A DNA stretch of 36,210 nucleotides, taken from NCBI GenBank assembly GCA_029856435.1, contig JAHQXB010000073.1, positions 1 to 36,210 on the forward strand. The letters are read 5' to 3'. The DNA is from Candidatus Jordarchaeia archaeon (lineage in GTDB: Archaea > Asgardarchaeota > Jordiarchaeia > Jordiarchaeales > Jordiarchaeaceae). Of the stretch, positions 18,294 through 27,336 are shown piece by piece. The first letter of the stretch is position 1, and each line of letters opens with the position of its first letter. The position numbers and the translations under genes were made by a program. The notes below the pieces were generated by a model. That model was not told the origin of the DNA and made no database searches. It saw only the letters and a program-made list of their open reading frames with translations.

Positions 18294-19649
18294 TCATATT
18301 ACCTCCTCCTGACATTGCGCTTGCTCCTTCTCCCCAACGGTTGAGTGCTTGACTGGTAGAATTTGGGATATCTCTCGGGAACTATACTTTTCTCTATACC
18401 TTCTCCTGCGTATCAAATGGTACAAGCACCCTTTACTCTGCTTTGCGTCCACCTGATTCACTAACTGAGAGGTTGTCTCCCCCACCCTCACAATGAAGAT
18501 TGACGAGTTCCAAAGTCCAATGTTTTGTGCCTCCATCATCCTCTGGCACTTTACTCTGGATTCCTTCAAAGCCTTCTCTATTCTTGGCTCCAGAATCAAA
18601 CTCTTTTCCTGTGACAGTGACGATATGGCGATCCATGCTGTAGGATCATTTTTCTTGAACTTTTTAGCCACCAATTTCTCAATCATGTCCTTAAGTTCCT
18701 TTTCAGCTTTCCTTAACTCTATATCTGCATCCATAACTGGTTGCAGAAGAAGCATATATCCTAGGCTTCCTTCACCAAAATTTTCGCCAAGCAAAATTCT
18801 ATCCAAGACTGGTTTTATGTCTGAGTTGTAATCCAATTCGCTAATCTCGAGCTCCTCAAAATACTTTTCACCCAATTCGTGTACCCGGTTGCCATCGGGA
18901 GCCAGTAGAGGCAAGTAAAGGCATCGTTCGACCTCCAGCTCGTCACGTATTAATCTTGTGTCGTATCCCTCCCTCTTCAGAATTTTCCTAAGACTCTGCA
19001 TCTTCTCTCTCGCCAGTTTAACGGCCTCGCCGAAATCTCGGGAAATCTCCCAAACCGAGACCAGAGTGCGAAGCTCTTTTCCCCTCCTGTAGACCTCAAA
19101 ACTGAGATTGACTCCCTTCTCCCAGCAGGATAATAGTATGGAGCTCCCAGTCCCCTTACCAGTAACTTCTGCAAACTGGAAAACCTGGAACCCTCTCCAA
19201 CCAATATTGTACACTGCACAATCATCAAGAATGTAATCCGCAATTAGAGAATTGGGGAACTTCCTCTTAAAGATCCAAGAGAAAGACGCCTCACTACGCC
19301 TTCTCATGAAAAGTGTGAAAAACGAAATCCCGGCAGCTTCAAAAATTATGGTTAGTATTGGATGAACTCCATAGTGGGACGCCAATCCTATCAGGGCGTA
19401 GCAGGTGTTACCTACTGCTAGGGCCGTCACAACTTGGCTGCTTCTGCTAAACTTTTTCTCCAGCAGAAACTTAACCAAGAGGTAAAAAGCAAAATAAACT
19501 GCCAGAATGTAAAGAAGCCCCATGGGGCTACCATTAGAGCAAGCATCTAGTCCGGTCCGAATCAGCCTAACGGCAAGTGAAACACCCAAAGCTAAAGCGC
19601 ACAGTATGAACCCATAATATATGATTTTAAGAAGCACGGCTTCCAGCAC
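18294..19649 (-). CDS. Membrane protein resembling the N-terminal, non-ATPase part of VirB4/HerA/CedB-like proteins
   Basis: About three N-terminal TMs, a coiled-coil segment, then GLWNSSIFI and YSSREISQILP. No P-loop. Family assignment is inference. Confidence 0.7.
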   Translation of the reverse strand: MLEAVLLKIIYYGFILCALALGVSLAVRLIRTGLDACSNGSPMGLLYILAVYFAFYLLVKFLLEKKFSRSSQVVTALAVGNTCYALIGLASHYGVHPILTIIFEAAGISFFTLFMRRRSEASFSWIFKRKFPNSLIADYILDDCAVYNIGWRGFQVFQFAEVTGKGTGSSILLSCWEKGVNLSFEVYRRGKELRTLVSVWEISRDFGEAVKLAREKMQSLRKILKREGYDTRLIRDELEVERCLYLPLLAPDGNRVHELGEKYFEELEISELDYNSDIKPVLDRILLGENFGEGSLGYMLLLQPVMDADIELRKAEKELKDMIEKLVAKKFKKNDPTAWIAISSLSQEKSLILEPRIEKALKESRVKCQRMMEAQNIGLWNSSIFIVRVGETTSQLVNQVDAKQSKGCLYHLIRRRRYREKYSSREISQILPVKHSTVGEKEQAQCQEEVI

Positions 19650-20391
19650 CCTTTAACGCTTTTAAAAGGTTAGGACTAACTGGACTTATTCCCCTACCTG
19701 TAATCTGATAAAAAATCTCGCCTCTAATGTCTAGGTAATGGCTAATAATTTCGGCCTTGAGAACCGGCTTCACAGCTGTCGTTGAAAAGCGCAGGGTAAC
19801 CTGGGAGAACTTGTTTAACTCCATTCCCGTTGAGGGAAGAATATTCTCTCCCTCTATCCCTTCTACGTTTGATACCACTTGGTTTAGTATGAGCACCGCT
19901 ATGTTTTTCCTCCTTCTACACAGTCCAAGCATTTCCGGTAACTGTTTCTCCACCACTTCGCGGTATCTTGAAAACTGAGTATCGGGAGACAATCCCCTCC
20001 GATACTGAGAAGCAATAGTGTCCACAACTATCAATCTAGTCCTATTGGAAACATAGGCGTCCAGCACACTGATTATTTCAGTTTGCTCATCTAAACTCTT
20101 GGGAACAATTAGGGTTATTCTCTCCAGTGAATCATCGTCCGGGAAAATCTGCGAGAACCTTTTGAAGGAGAACCTGTTATCACCATCAATGTAAAGAGTC
20201 TGGTATCCTTCCCGAGAAAGATTTCCCGCGGCCTGCATGGCAAGCGTGGTTTTACCAGTAGCAGCCTCACCATAGATGTGACTAATCACTCCCGTGGGTA
20301 AGCCGCCTCCAATCAAATCATCTATTGGACTCTGAGTATGTACCAACAATGCACCATTATTTCTAACTCTAGGTAAACTCAACATCACCAC
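19627..20391 (-). CDS. radB: RadB-like RecA-family ATPase (likely start ATG 20385)
   Basis: IDDLIGGGL, Walker A GEAATGKT, YIDGD, Walker B LIVVDTI, LNQV, ITGRGI; no N-terminal HhH domain. Confidence 0.85.
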   Translation of the reverse strand: MVMLSLPRVRNNGALLVHTQSPIDDLIGGGLPTGVISHIYGEAATGKTTLAMQAAGNLSREGYQTLYIDGDNRFSFKRFSQIFPDDDSLERITLIVPKSLDEQTEIISVLDAYVSNRTRLIVVDTIASQYRRGLSPDTQFSRYREVVEKQLPEMLGLCRRRKNIAVLILNQVVSNVEGIEGENILPSTGMELNKFSQVTLRFSTTAVKPVLKAEIISHYLDIRGEIFYQITGRGISPVSPNLLKALKGAGSRAS

Positions 20392-20770
20392 CTCTCCTAA
20401 TCAGCATTCCCTCCCTCTCCAAATACTCTAACCTTTTTAGAACCCACTCCCCACTCAAACCCAGTTTTTCCGCCTTCTCCAGAATGGCTGGAAGTGGAAC
20501 TCTCCTCTCCTTTCCCAGGCTCTGAACTATTTCTTCAAACCTCTCAGTCTTAGTACACATACCTTCAGGATTATATGTTCCCCCTGCCTTCTCAGCCTGC
20601 CTCTTCTGAACAATTTTTGCCGCGTCTTTCCAAGAGCCTACAACATCCTTTTGCAAATCCTGTGCCTTCAACTTTTTACCACACCGGGGACAGGAGGGCT
20701 TCACGCTGAGAGTGGCTGCAAAGTATTGATTACAGGAAGGACACTCAACAACCATATACTTTCTTCCCAT
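20369..20770 (-). CDS. Zn-ribbon plus C-terminal winged-helix protein (DUF1922/DUF5817-like)
   Basis: CPSC...CPRC pair and a C-terminal ILEKAEKLGLSGEWVLKRLEYLEREG. ATG at 20770 preferred over the ORF-track start that overlaps the helicase. Confidence 0.75.
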   Translation of the reverse strand: MGRKYMVVECPSCNQYFAATLSVKPSCPRCGKKLKAQDLQKDVVGSWKDAAKIVQKRQAEKAGGTYNPEGMCTKTERFEEIVQSLGKERRVPLPAILEKAEKLGLSGEWVLKRLEYLEREGMLIRRGGDVEFT

Positions 20771-20792
20771 TTTTTTTCTCAACTCCAGATTC

Positions 20793-23000
20793 TCAATCAT
20801 CTCCCCAATTCCAAATCTCCAATCCCTTCTCTTCTCTACGAATCTTGATGCGCTCCTCCAAACTTTTCCCGATTTTTTTAACAGTTTCCGCCCCCTCCAT
20901 ACTCGCAACCTCCGTGACACAGTGCACCATCCAGTTTAAACTACTAATGACTGACTCTAGGTCACCTTGAGAAACAGCGTGAAGGGAGCTAACCGCCCTT
21001 ATGCTCTTACCATTAATGTAGTCTAGAATCGCTACCCCCATCACTTGCGGCTGCGGTCTACCATACTCCAACTCCACTGCACTCAAAACAAGATCTAAGA
21101 ATTGGAGCTCATCATCAATATCCTCGTGTACCCTACCTCTAATCATGATTCCAGTCATAGGTTTAAGATAGAGTCTCATAATCAGTCTTCCAAAACTGGT
21201 GGGTTTAAAGGTGCCATTGGTGGTTTCCACGATTAAACCTTCATCAATCAATTTTTTCAGAAAATTATCTGCGTTGAGGCACCGCGAAATCAAGCCCCTA
21301 TAGGCAGGATAATTCCTATCTACAAATTGGGCCAGCTTAATCAAGTGTCTACACAATTTTTTTCCCTCCCGTTTATGGTAAGAGCAAGTACACTGGAAGT
21401 TTCCCTCCTCGTCAAAGCTACAGACGTTCACAACTGGCTTCTTCACAGCAGCCTCAACCTTTTTGGGTAGCACTTGCACCCTCAAATTTTCGCTGCGAAT
21501 TCTACCCGCTGCCTTAAACTCACTTACTTCAGAATGATTCACCACAGCATCTGGAATGTTAAGTGAAGTTACCTGAACCAGTGCCTCAAGGCTTAGGTGT
21601 GGATTCTTAGATTTCTCACTTCTCCACCAAAAAGTCTTTTCAAAAAATTTTAGTATATCCTCGCTGCTAGCCTCCTCGCATTCAAATGTTCTGAGGAGTA
21701 TTTGCTCCTCAAGGTTTGATGGATAACCAATGGAGCTCCCTACATCATCATATTTGGGCCGCAGCTCCCCATTCTTTAACTCAAAATATTTTTTCCGTAT
21801 CATAAAATGGTCCGCATCTGAATCGCACAGCACCACACTGTAGCCTACACTATCATAGTTAGGTCTTCCCGCTCTGCCCAATATCTGGTGAAACTGATTA
21901 GCATTCATAAGTTCGACTTCAAACTCCTCGGTAACCATCTCCACCCTGTTGTAGACATAAAAGTCCCTCAAGATAACCAGCCGAGCTGGAGCGTCGATTC
22001 CTGCAGAGAGGGTAGTGGTACAACATACCACCTTCAAAAGCCCTCTGCGGAAAGTATCTTCAACAAGCTCCCTAGAATCATAATTTAAACCCGCGTGGTG
22101 AAATCCTACACCCGCTCTCATCAATTCGATTAAACGTTTGGAATAGTTCTTGTTCTCAGCAAAACTTGAAAGTGTTAACTTCTCCTCTTCGGTCAAGTAA
22201 CATGAAACCAAATCAACTAGTTTGCGGGCTAGACTCTCCGCATCTCTCCTATGTGCAACAAAAATAAGAGCTTGGCCATTACCCTGAACAGTTTTTGAAA
22301 CAAGCTTCTGTATAGCCTCAAGTTTATCCGGCTCAACCAAAACATAATTCTTTAAAGGAACAGGTCGGATGTCTGACTCTATCAATCGGCATCCCAACCA
22401 GTCCGCTACCTCTCTGGCATTGGCTATAGTTGCGCTTAATCCAATGAGTTGCACCCTCAGCCTTTCCCTTATCCTAATTAACACACTTTCCAGCCTTCCC
22501 CCTCTCTCCCCTTCACCCATCACGTGTATCTCGTCCACAACAATGACTCGCACATCGTAGAGCCAGTTGGGATTCAAACGAAGGAGGGAGTCAAATCTCT
22601 CAGTGGTGGTGACCAATATGTCTGCATCCTCCAAAATATCGGGAGTGTGGTGGAAGTCTCCAGTAGATATTCTGATTCTCAAATTCAAACCTCTATACTT
22701 TCTGGTTAGTATGCCGAATTTTTCCCTGGCCAGTGCTTTCAAGGGAGCCACATAAACCGCTTTTCCGCCTTCCAGAACCCATTTCAAGATGGCAAGTTCA
22801 CCCACCAGAGTTTTGCCACTGGCAGAGGGAGAACAAATCAGAAGATCGGCTCCCTCAAATAAACCCTCCTGAATCGCCATTGTTTGAATGGTTCGCAAAT
22901 GGCTTATGCCCTGCTGCTTGAGAATTTCACGAATTTTCTCAGGCACCTTATTCTCGTCCAGCCTTAAGAAAACTCCTAGACTCTTTGAACCATCAGCCAT
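20793..23000 (-). CDS. hel308: Ski2/Hel308-like SF2 helicase with an inserted SWIM Zn finger
   Basis: SPSASGKT, APLKALARE, TTERFDSL, DEIH, GLSAT, FHHAGL, TLSAGID, QILGRAGRP; SWIM-type CTC-x10-CRH. ATG at 23000 after GAGG. Confidence 0.93.
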   Translation of the reverse strand: MADGSKSLGVFLRLDENKVPEKIREILKQQGISHLRTIQTMAIQEGLFEGADLLICSPSASGKTLVGELAILKWVLEGGKAVYVAPLKALAREKFGILTRKYRGLNLRIRISTGDFHHTPDILEDADILVTTTERFDSLLRLNPNWLYDVRVIVVDEIHVMGEGERGGRLESVLIRIRERLRVQLIGLSATIANAREVADWLGCRLIESDIRPVPLKNYVLVEPDKLEAIQKLVSKTVQGNGQALIFVAHRRDAESLARKLVDLVSCYLTEEEKLTLSSFAENKNYSKRLIELMRAGVGFHHAGLNYDSRELVEDTFRRGLLKVVCCTTTLSAGIDAPARLVILRDFYVYNRVEMVTEEFEVELMNANQFHQILGRAGRPNYDSVGYSVVLCDSDADHFMIRKKYFELKNGELRPKYDDVGSSIGYPSNLEEQILLRTFECEEASSEDILKFFEKTFWWRSEKSKNPHLSLEALVQVTSLNIPDAVVNHSEVSEFKAAGRIRSENLRVQVLPKKVEAAVKKPVVNVCSFDEEGNFQCTCSYHKREGKKLCRHLIKLAQFVDRNYPAYRGLISRCLNADNFLKKLIDEGLIVETTNGTFKPTSFGRLIMRLYLKPMTGIMIRGRVHEDIDDELQFLDLVLSAVELEYGRPQPQVMGVAILDYINGKSIRAVSSLHAVSQGDLESVISSLNWMVHCVTEVASMEGAETVKKIGKSLEERIKIRREEKGLEIWNWGDD

Positions 23001-23012
23001 ACGGCACAACCC

Positions 23013-24866
23013 TCAATTTTCAAGTATGCCAATGAAATCGTCCATAGGAGGGGCTGGTTTAAAATTTCCCGAACATTTTTTAAGTTGTTCCCGAATCAAC
23101 TTTTCAAGCTGCATCTGAGACTCATAAGCGGTTTTACAAATCACAACCCCATTGCGAGAAACAATTATCTGCCCCTTACCATTAACAGCACGTTCAACTA
23201 TTCCAATGGCTGCCTCAGGATATCTCTGCATTAAGTCCTCAACAACATGCATCACCTCAGCACTCTGAGTAATAACTAGAAAAACAGGCGAATCAGCCAA
23301 TATTCCCTTAGAACCAATAAGACTCTCAAGCTTCTCCTTAATAGCCGCATCAAAAACCATCTCTCCAATGACTGACTCACAACTCTTTCCGCCGCTGGGC
23401 TCCTCCAAATTTTCCAACGTGTAATTCATAATTGCTGAATCTTCTAAATTGGCCTCCGTTTTGCCACGTCCACCCCTTCTTGACGCCTTCCCCTTTGAAC
23501 CCCTCCTTTTATTAATCTCCTTAGTCGTCTTTTGGAGTAATGTTCCTCTGGAAACTTGCTCATCCACTAGGGATACTTCATTTTCTCCCTTTAACGCGTC
23601 TAACTGAGCATCTAACTTGAGGGAACTATCCCCAAAGGTAGTGGCTCCTTTAATGGACCTCAGTTTTTCAATAATCCGCTGAGCGTACTCGTTGAGTCTA
23701 ACAAACTCGTCCTCTGTTATTTTTGTGGGGCTTTCAGTTAGACTGTAGAAACGCCTAAATTCAACTTGATCCAGATTGGCATTCTTTAAGACAATTTCCA
23801 CCGCCTTGAGGGGGTTGCCAAACACTGCTTTTCCAGTCAACTTCTTGTACGCTTCCTTGAGGGCGCAGATTACAGCTTCATTCAAGTGGTGGGCTGCATC
23901 TTCTAAACTACCCTCCGCATAGTTTTTCTGAGCCAAGTTCCACAGAGAATCCACCTGATGAGCGTAAAATTCATCACCCTCTACTCCTGCAAACGCCAAT
24001 GGTTCAGCTAACGGTTCAGGTTCAATGGTTTCCTCCAATAGAGGCCCCTCAGGAATATCTCTATCACCAAATTTCCTTGAGAGGCTTTCTATTTCAATCC
24101 GCCCAAAAAGCGTCTCTTCTGTGGTCTCTTCTGAAAGCTTCTGGATTTCACTTAGCTCCTGCTTAAAAATCTTTTTGAAATTGGCAACTCCCAACTCATG
24201 TATAACTAGTGACCCAACAATAGTTACTACTATGAGAATAGAATTCAAAACCAGGAGCAGTTGGGATAACTCGGCGGGTAGATTAAGGAATGTTAATGTG
24301 GGGAGTGTGACGGTAAGGAAAATTGTAATCATTAATCCATTTTTCGCTCTCATATAAGACTTTTTCAAGACTTCAAACTTATCTGGTTTGAAAATCCTAT
24401 CTGCCCTTCTAGATATTATATCCTTCCGGATTTTGAGCAGGGATGGCAACTCAGATATTGGAACAACTCTGACTATATCTGATTCAGAGTCTCTCTCATC
24501 GCAGGAGTGGCTCACAAGGAGTTTTTCGACTACTATCATAGCTGGCTTATCCATATAGTAAAGAGCTTTCACGCCAAAGAAATTTCTCAGTTCCAAGCCC
24601 CTCACCAGAGAACTTGGATTACTAGCCAAATAATATGGCAAAACGCGGGAAACTTTGTATACCCGCCGTTTGTCCTCCACAACTTTTTCTATGGTGCTGG
24701 TCTTATAAGCTATTAGCTCAAGAATATTGTACTTTTTTCGGTGTAGGATTCTCCAAGCTACACTAACTTGACTATTCTCAAGAGGTTTCACATTGCAACC
24801 GTTTTCCAAAAAAATTTCTGAAGCCTCCTTTTCTACAGAGGCTTCTCTATTTGTCTGTTTCTTCAT
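23013..24866 (-). CDS. Multi-domain membrane protein (~617 aa, two TM helices)
   Basis: GGAG SD before the ATG at 24866; two hydrophobic helices; HEPN-like helical segment. Domain calls are inference. Confidence 0.8.
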   Translation of the reverse strand: MKKQTNREASVEKEASEIFLENGCNVKPLENSQVSVAWRILHRKKYNILELIAYKTSTIEKVVEDKRRVYKVSRVLPYYLASNPSSLVRGLELRNFFGVKALYYMDKPAMIVVEKLLVSHSCDERDSESDIVRVVPISELPSLLKIRKDIISRRADRIFKPDKFEVLKKSYMRAKNGLMITIFLTVTLPTLTFLNLPAELSQLLLVLNSILIVVTIVGSLVIHELGVANFKKIFKQELSEIQKLSEETTEETLFGRIEIESLSRKFGDRDIPEGPLLEETIEPEPLAEPLAFAGVEGDEFYAHQVDSLWNLAQKNYAEGSLEDAAHHLNEAVICALKEAYKKLTGKAVFGNPLKAVEIVLKNANLDQVEFRRFYSLTESPTKITEDEFVRLNEYAQRIIEKLRSIKGATTFGDSSLKLDAQLDALKGENEVSLVDEQVSRGTLLQKTTKEINKRRGSKGKASRRGGRGKTEANLEDSAIMNYTLENLEEPSGGKSCESVIGEMVFDAAIKEKLESLIGSKGILADSPVFLVITQSAEVMHVVEDLMQRYPEAAIGIVERAVNGKGQIIVSRNGVVICKTAYESQMQLEKLIREQLKKCSGNFKPAPPMDDFIGILEN

Positions 24867-24894
24867 TTTTGTTCTCTCCCAAATTTGCGTTTTT

Positions 24895-25152
24895 CTACAG
24901 AGGCGGCCCTCCGGAAGGTGGGGATAGGAAGGAATATTTGTCCTCCCGCCGCCTTTTTTCGGAATCGTCTTTAGGCACCTTTTGTGTTGACTTGTCCGAA
25001 GAACTCCTTTTGGTATCAAGTCCCAGCTTCTTTATGCTTCTCAAAATGGTGGTCTCAGATACTCCCAGCTTTTCAGCGATTTGCCTTACGGTTAATCCTT
25101 GTCTGTATAACTGTTTGAGCTCTTCTTCGGTAAATTTTCTACTTGACGTCAC
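24895..25152 (-). CDS. Small helix-turn-helix DNA-binding protein
   Basis: EELKQLYRQGLTVRQIAEKLGVSETTILRSIKKLGL; GTG at 25152 after CAGGTG. Confidence 0.85.
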   Translation of the reverse strand: MTSSRKFTEEELKQLYRQGLTVRQIAEKLGVSETTILRSIKKLGLDTKRSSSDKSTQKVPKDDSEKRRREDKYSFLSPPSGGPPL

Positions 25153-25230
25153 TGTTAACACCTGAGAATTTTGGAGGCAAAAATATCCTTTATAAATACA
25201 TAGTGTTGCCTCAAAGTGGCCCCATTTCAC

Positions 25231-25975
25231 CCGTTTTAGGGGACTATTTTGCCTTCTATTAACTTTTAAAGCGTTATTTTTCCTTTATCCAAAATTTTTC
25301 ACCAAAATTTTGTATTATTCCCTAACAGAAGAAAAAAAACCCCTTTTTTCAATTAAAAAATTTGGGTGGAAAATACTCAGAAAATCTAACGGTGCAAAAA
25401 ATATCCAAAAACAGCCCTAAAAACGCTATAAAAATGTACAGCTATAAAAGCACGCGACTCATAGTAAATCACGCTTCCAAAACTATGAAAAAGCCCCAAA
25501 AAAAGCTCTATGTTGTCTGCATGCTCTTTTCCAGATTTTTCCGGTTTGCTACAAATGTTTGCTAAACTAAAGGTGACAATAATATATACTTTTAGGGGCA
25601 TTTTTTGAACATTTTTTGCACTACCCGATTCAATGAGCCAAAACCAAGTCCCTGCAAGAGAGTGAAAAAAGGAATCATAAAAGATTAAAAATAAAAAAAG
25701 GTAAAAAAATGACATAAAAAACAGAAATAAAACGAAAAATTTTCCAAAATAAAAAAATAAAATAGAAAAATACTCAGAAACCAATAAAAATCACCTCGAA
25801 GAACCAAGCAACAGCCTTTATAAAGGAAAACTAAACCAAACAAAACCAGTGCGGCGCAAAAATAAAGCATAACATAAAATATCCACCCCCACCTACTCAC
25901 CTGCATTCTGCTGCTCAAGCGCCGCACCCCCCAAAAAACCGAAACACAACTCGCTAAAACACAAGAAAAGATCTG
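25231..25975. promoter_or_regulatory. AT-rich intergenic region between the divergent operons
   Basis: Genes point away on both sides; only low-complexity spurious ORFs; AAAATACTCAGAAA occurs twice (~25370 and ~25767). Confidence 0.7.
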
Positions 25976-26248
25976 GTGAATTTGATGCCCGAAGTCTATT
26001 GTAAGAATTTAAACAAGATGGTTGATGGAGGATACTGCTCCTTTATATGTAACCTTCCAGAAACCGAAAAAAGAATCTTCTACAACCCCTTCAGAGGCAT
26101 CATCGCCGAATGCAACTTTAACGAGGCCCCCCAAGAATCTGAAACCAAAACCACTCCTACCATTACAAAAAAGGGTGAACCAGAAGAGCCCTCCAAAAGT
26201 TCCCAATCAATAACTATCAAATCAAAAAAATTTTTGGAGGAAGAATAA
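25976..26248 (+). CDS. Small protein with four Cys and a disordered tail (likely start ATG 25985)
   Basis: GGTGA SD-like sequence, C-x11-C-x3-C-x20-C, stop four bases before the radA start. Confidence 0.65.
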   Translation: MNLMPEVYCKNLNKMVDGGYCSFICNLPETEKRIFYNPFRGIIAECNFNEAPQESETKTTPTITKKGEPEEPSKSSQSITIKSKKFLEEE

Positions 26249-26252
26249 AACA

Positions 26253-27320
26253 TTGGACATAACCAACATTAAGGGTATAGGACCGGAAAAAGCCAAAAAA
26301 CTCATGAACGCCGGCTACAGCACAGTAGAAAGCATCGCCTTCTCCTCACCCAGAGACCTATCCCTAGACTCCGGAATACCAGAAGAAACCGCCCGAACAA
26401 TTATTGCCTCCGCCAAGCTGATTATCCGCTCCAAAGAAAACACCAAAGGCGGAAAACTGGTGGAAATCCTCTCAGGTAAAGACGCCAAAAAAGTCCTGCA
26501 AAACATGGATCACATAACCACCGGAATAAAGGGGCTTGACCGAATATTGGGTGGAGGAATAGAAACCTGTGCAGTAACCGAGTTCTACGGACCAGCAAAG
26601 GCGGGAAAAACACAGATATGCCACCAGCTATGCGTCACAGTACAGCTTCCACGAGAAAAAGGCGGCCTTGAAGCACCAGCCCTCTACATAGATACAGAAA
26701 GAACAGTCAAATATGACCACATCAAAAGTGTGGCTGAGAGATTCGGCCTAGATCCAGACCTGGCAAGTGACAATGTATTCTACGCTTACACTATGAATAG
26801 TGAAGCTCTATACGAACTGGTTCACAAAAATTTGGACGAGGTAGTTCAAAACAGGGGAATCAAACTTGTGGTCGTTGACTGTCTAACTGGACACTTCCGC
26901 GCAGAATACTGCGGTAGAGAAAGTCTACCCCTGAGACAACAAAAAATAAACAGAATTATTCACGACCTGTTGAGAATCGCGGTTTCCCACGATTTAGCAG
27001 TGGTGGTAACAAACCAGGTACACTCCCAGCCCGACCTATATGGCAAGAGCGAGAACCCCATAGGCGGGCACACGGTGGCTCACGGAGTCACCTTCAGGCT
27101 GGGCCTGAGCACCAGAAAATACAACATGAGAACTGTAACCGTAGTAGACGCCCCCGCCCTTCCCCCAGATGAAGCCTACTTTGCAATAACCTCCAGGGGA
27201 CTAATTGACATAAATCCCAAGGATTTGAATTCCAAATGCCCAATCAAATTCCCTGGTGAAGGCGAAATAAGGGAAAGAGAAGTAGAGAGTGTGGAGGAGG
27301 CAGAAACCGTTACAGATTAA
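26253..27320 (+). CDS. radA: RadA/Rad51-family recombinase (divergent paralogue)
   Basis: N-terminal HhH (IKGIGPEKAKKL), TTGIKGLDRILGGG, GPAKAGKTQ, YIDTE, HFRAEYxGR, RQQK, TNQV, PIGGH. Confidence 0.95.
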   Translation: MDITNIKGIGPEKAKKLMNAGYSTVESIAFSSPRDLSLDSGIPEETARTIIASAKLIIRSKENTKGGKLVEILSGKDAKKVLQNMDHITTGIKGLDRILGGGIETCAVTEFYGPAKAGKTQICHQLCVTVQLPREKGGLEAPALYIDTERTVKYDHIKSVAERFGLDPDLASDNVFYAYTMNSEALYELVHKNLDEVVQNRGIKLVVVDCLTGHFRAEYCGRESLPLRQQKINRIIHDLLRIAVSHDLAVVVTNQVHSQPDLYGKSENPIGGHTVAHGVTFRLGLSTRKYNMRTVTVVDAPALPPDEAYFAITSRGLIDINPKDLNSKCPIKFPGEGEIREREVESVEEAETVTD

Positions 27321-27336
27321 ATTCCGGTGGTACAGC

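Noticed and set aside
25362-25927. ORFs in the central AT-rich region
   Set aside because: F/L- or K-rich low-complexity translations of A/T tracts that overlap on both strands.
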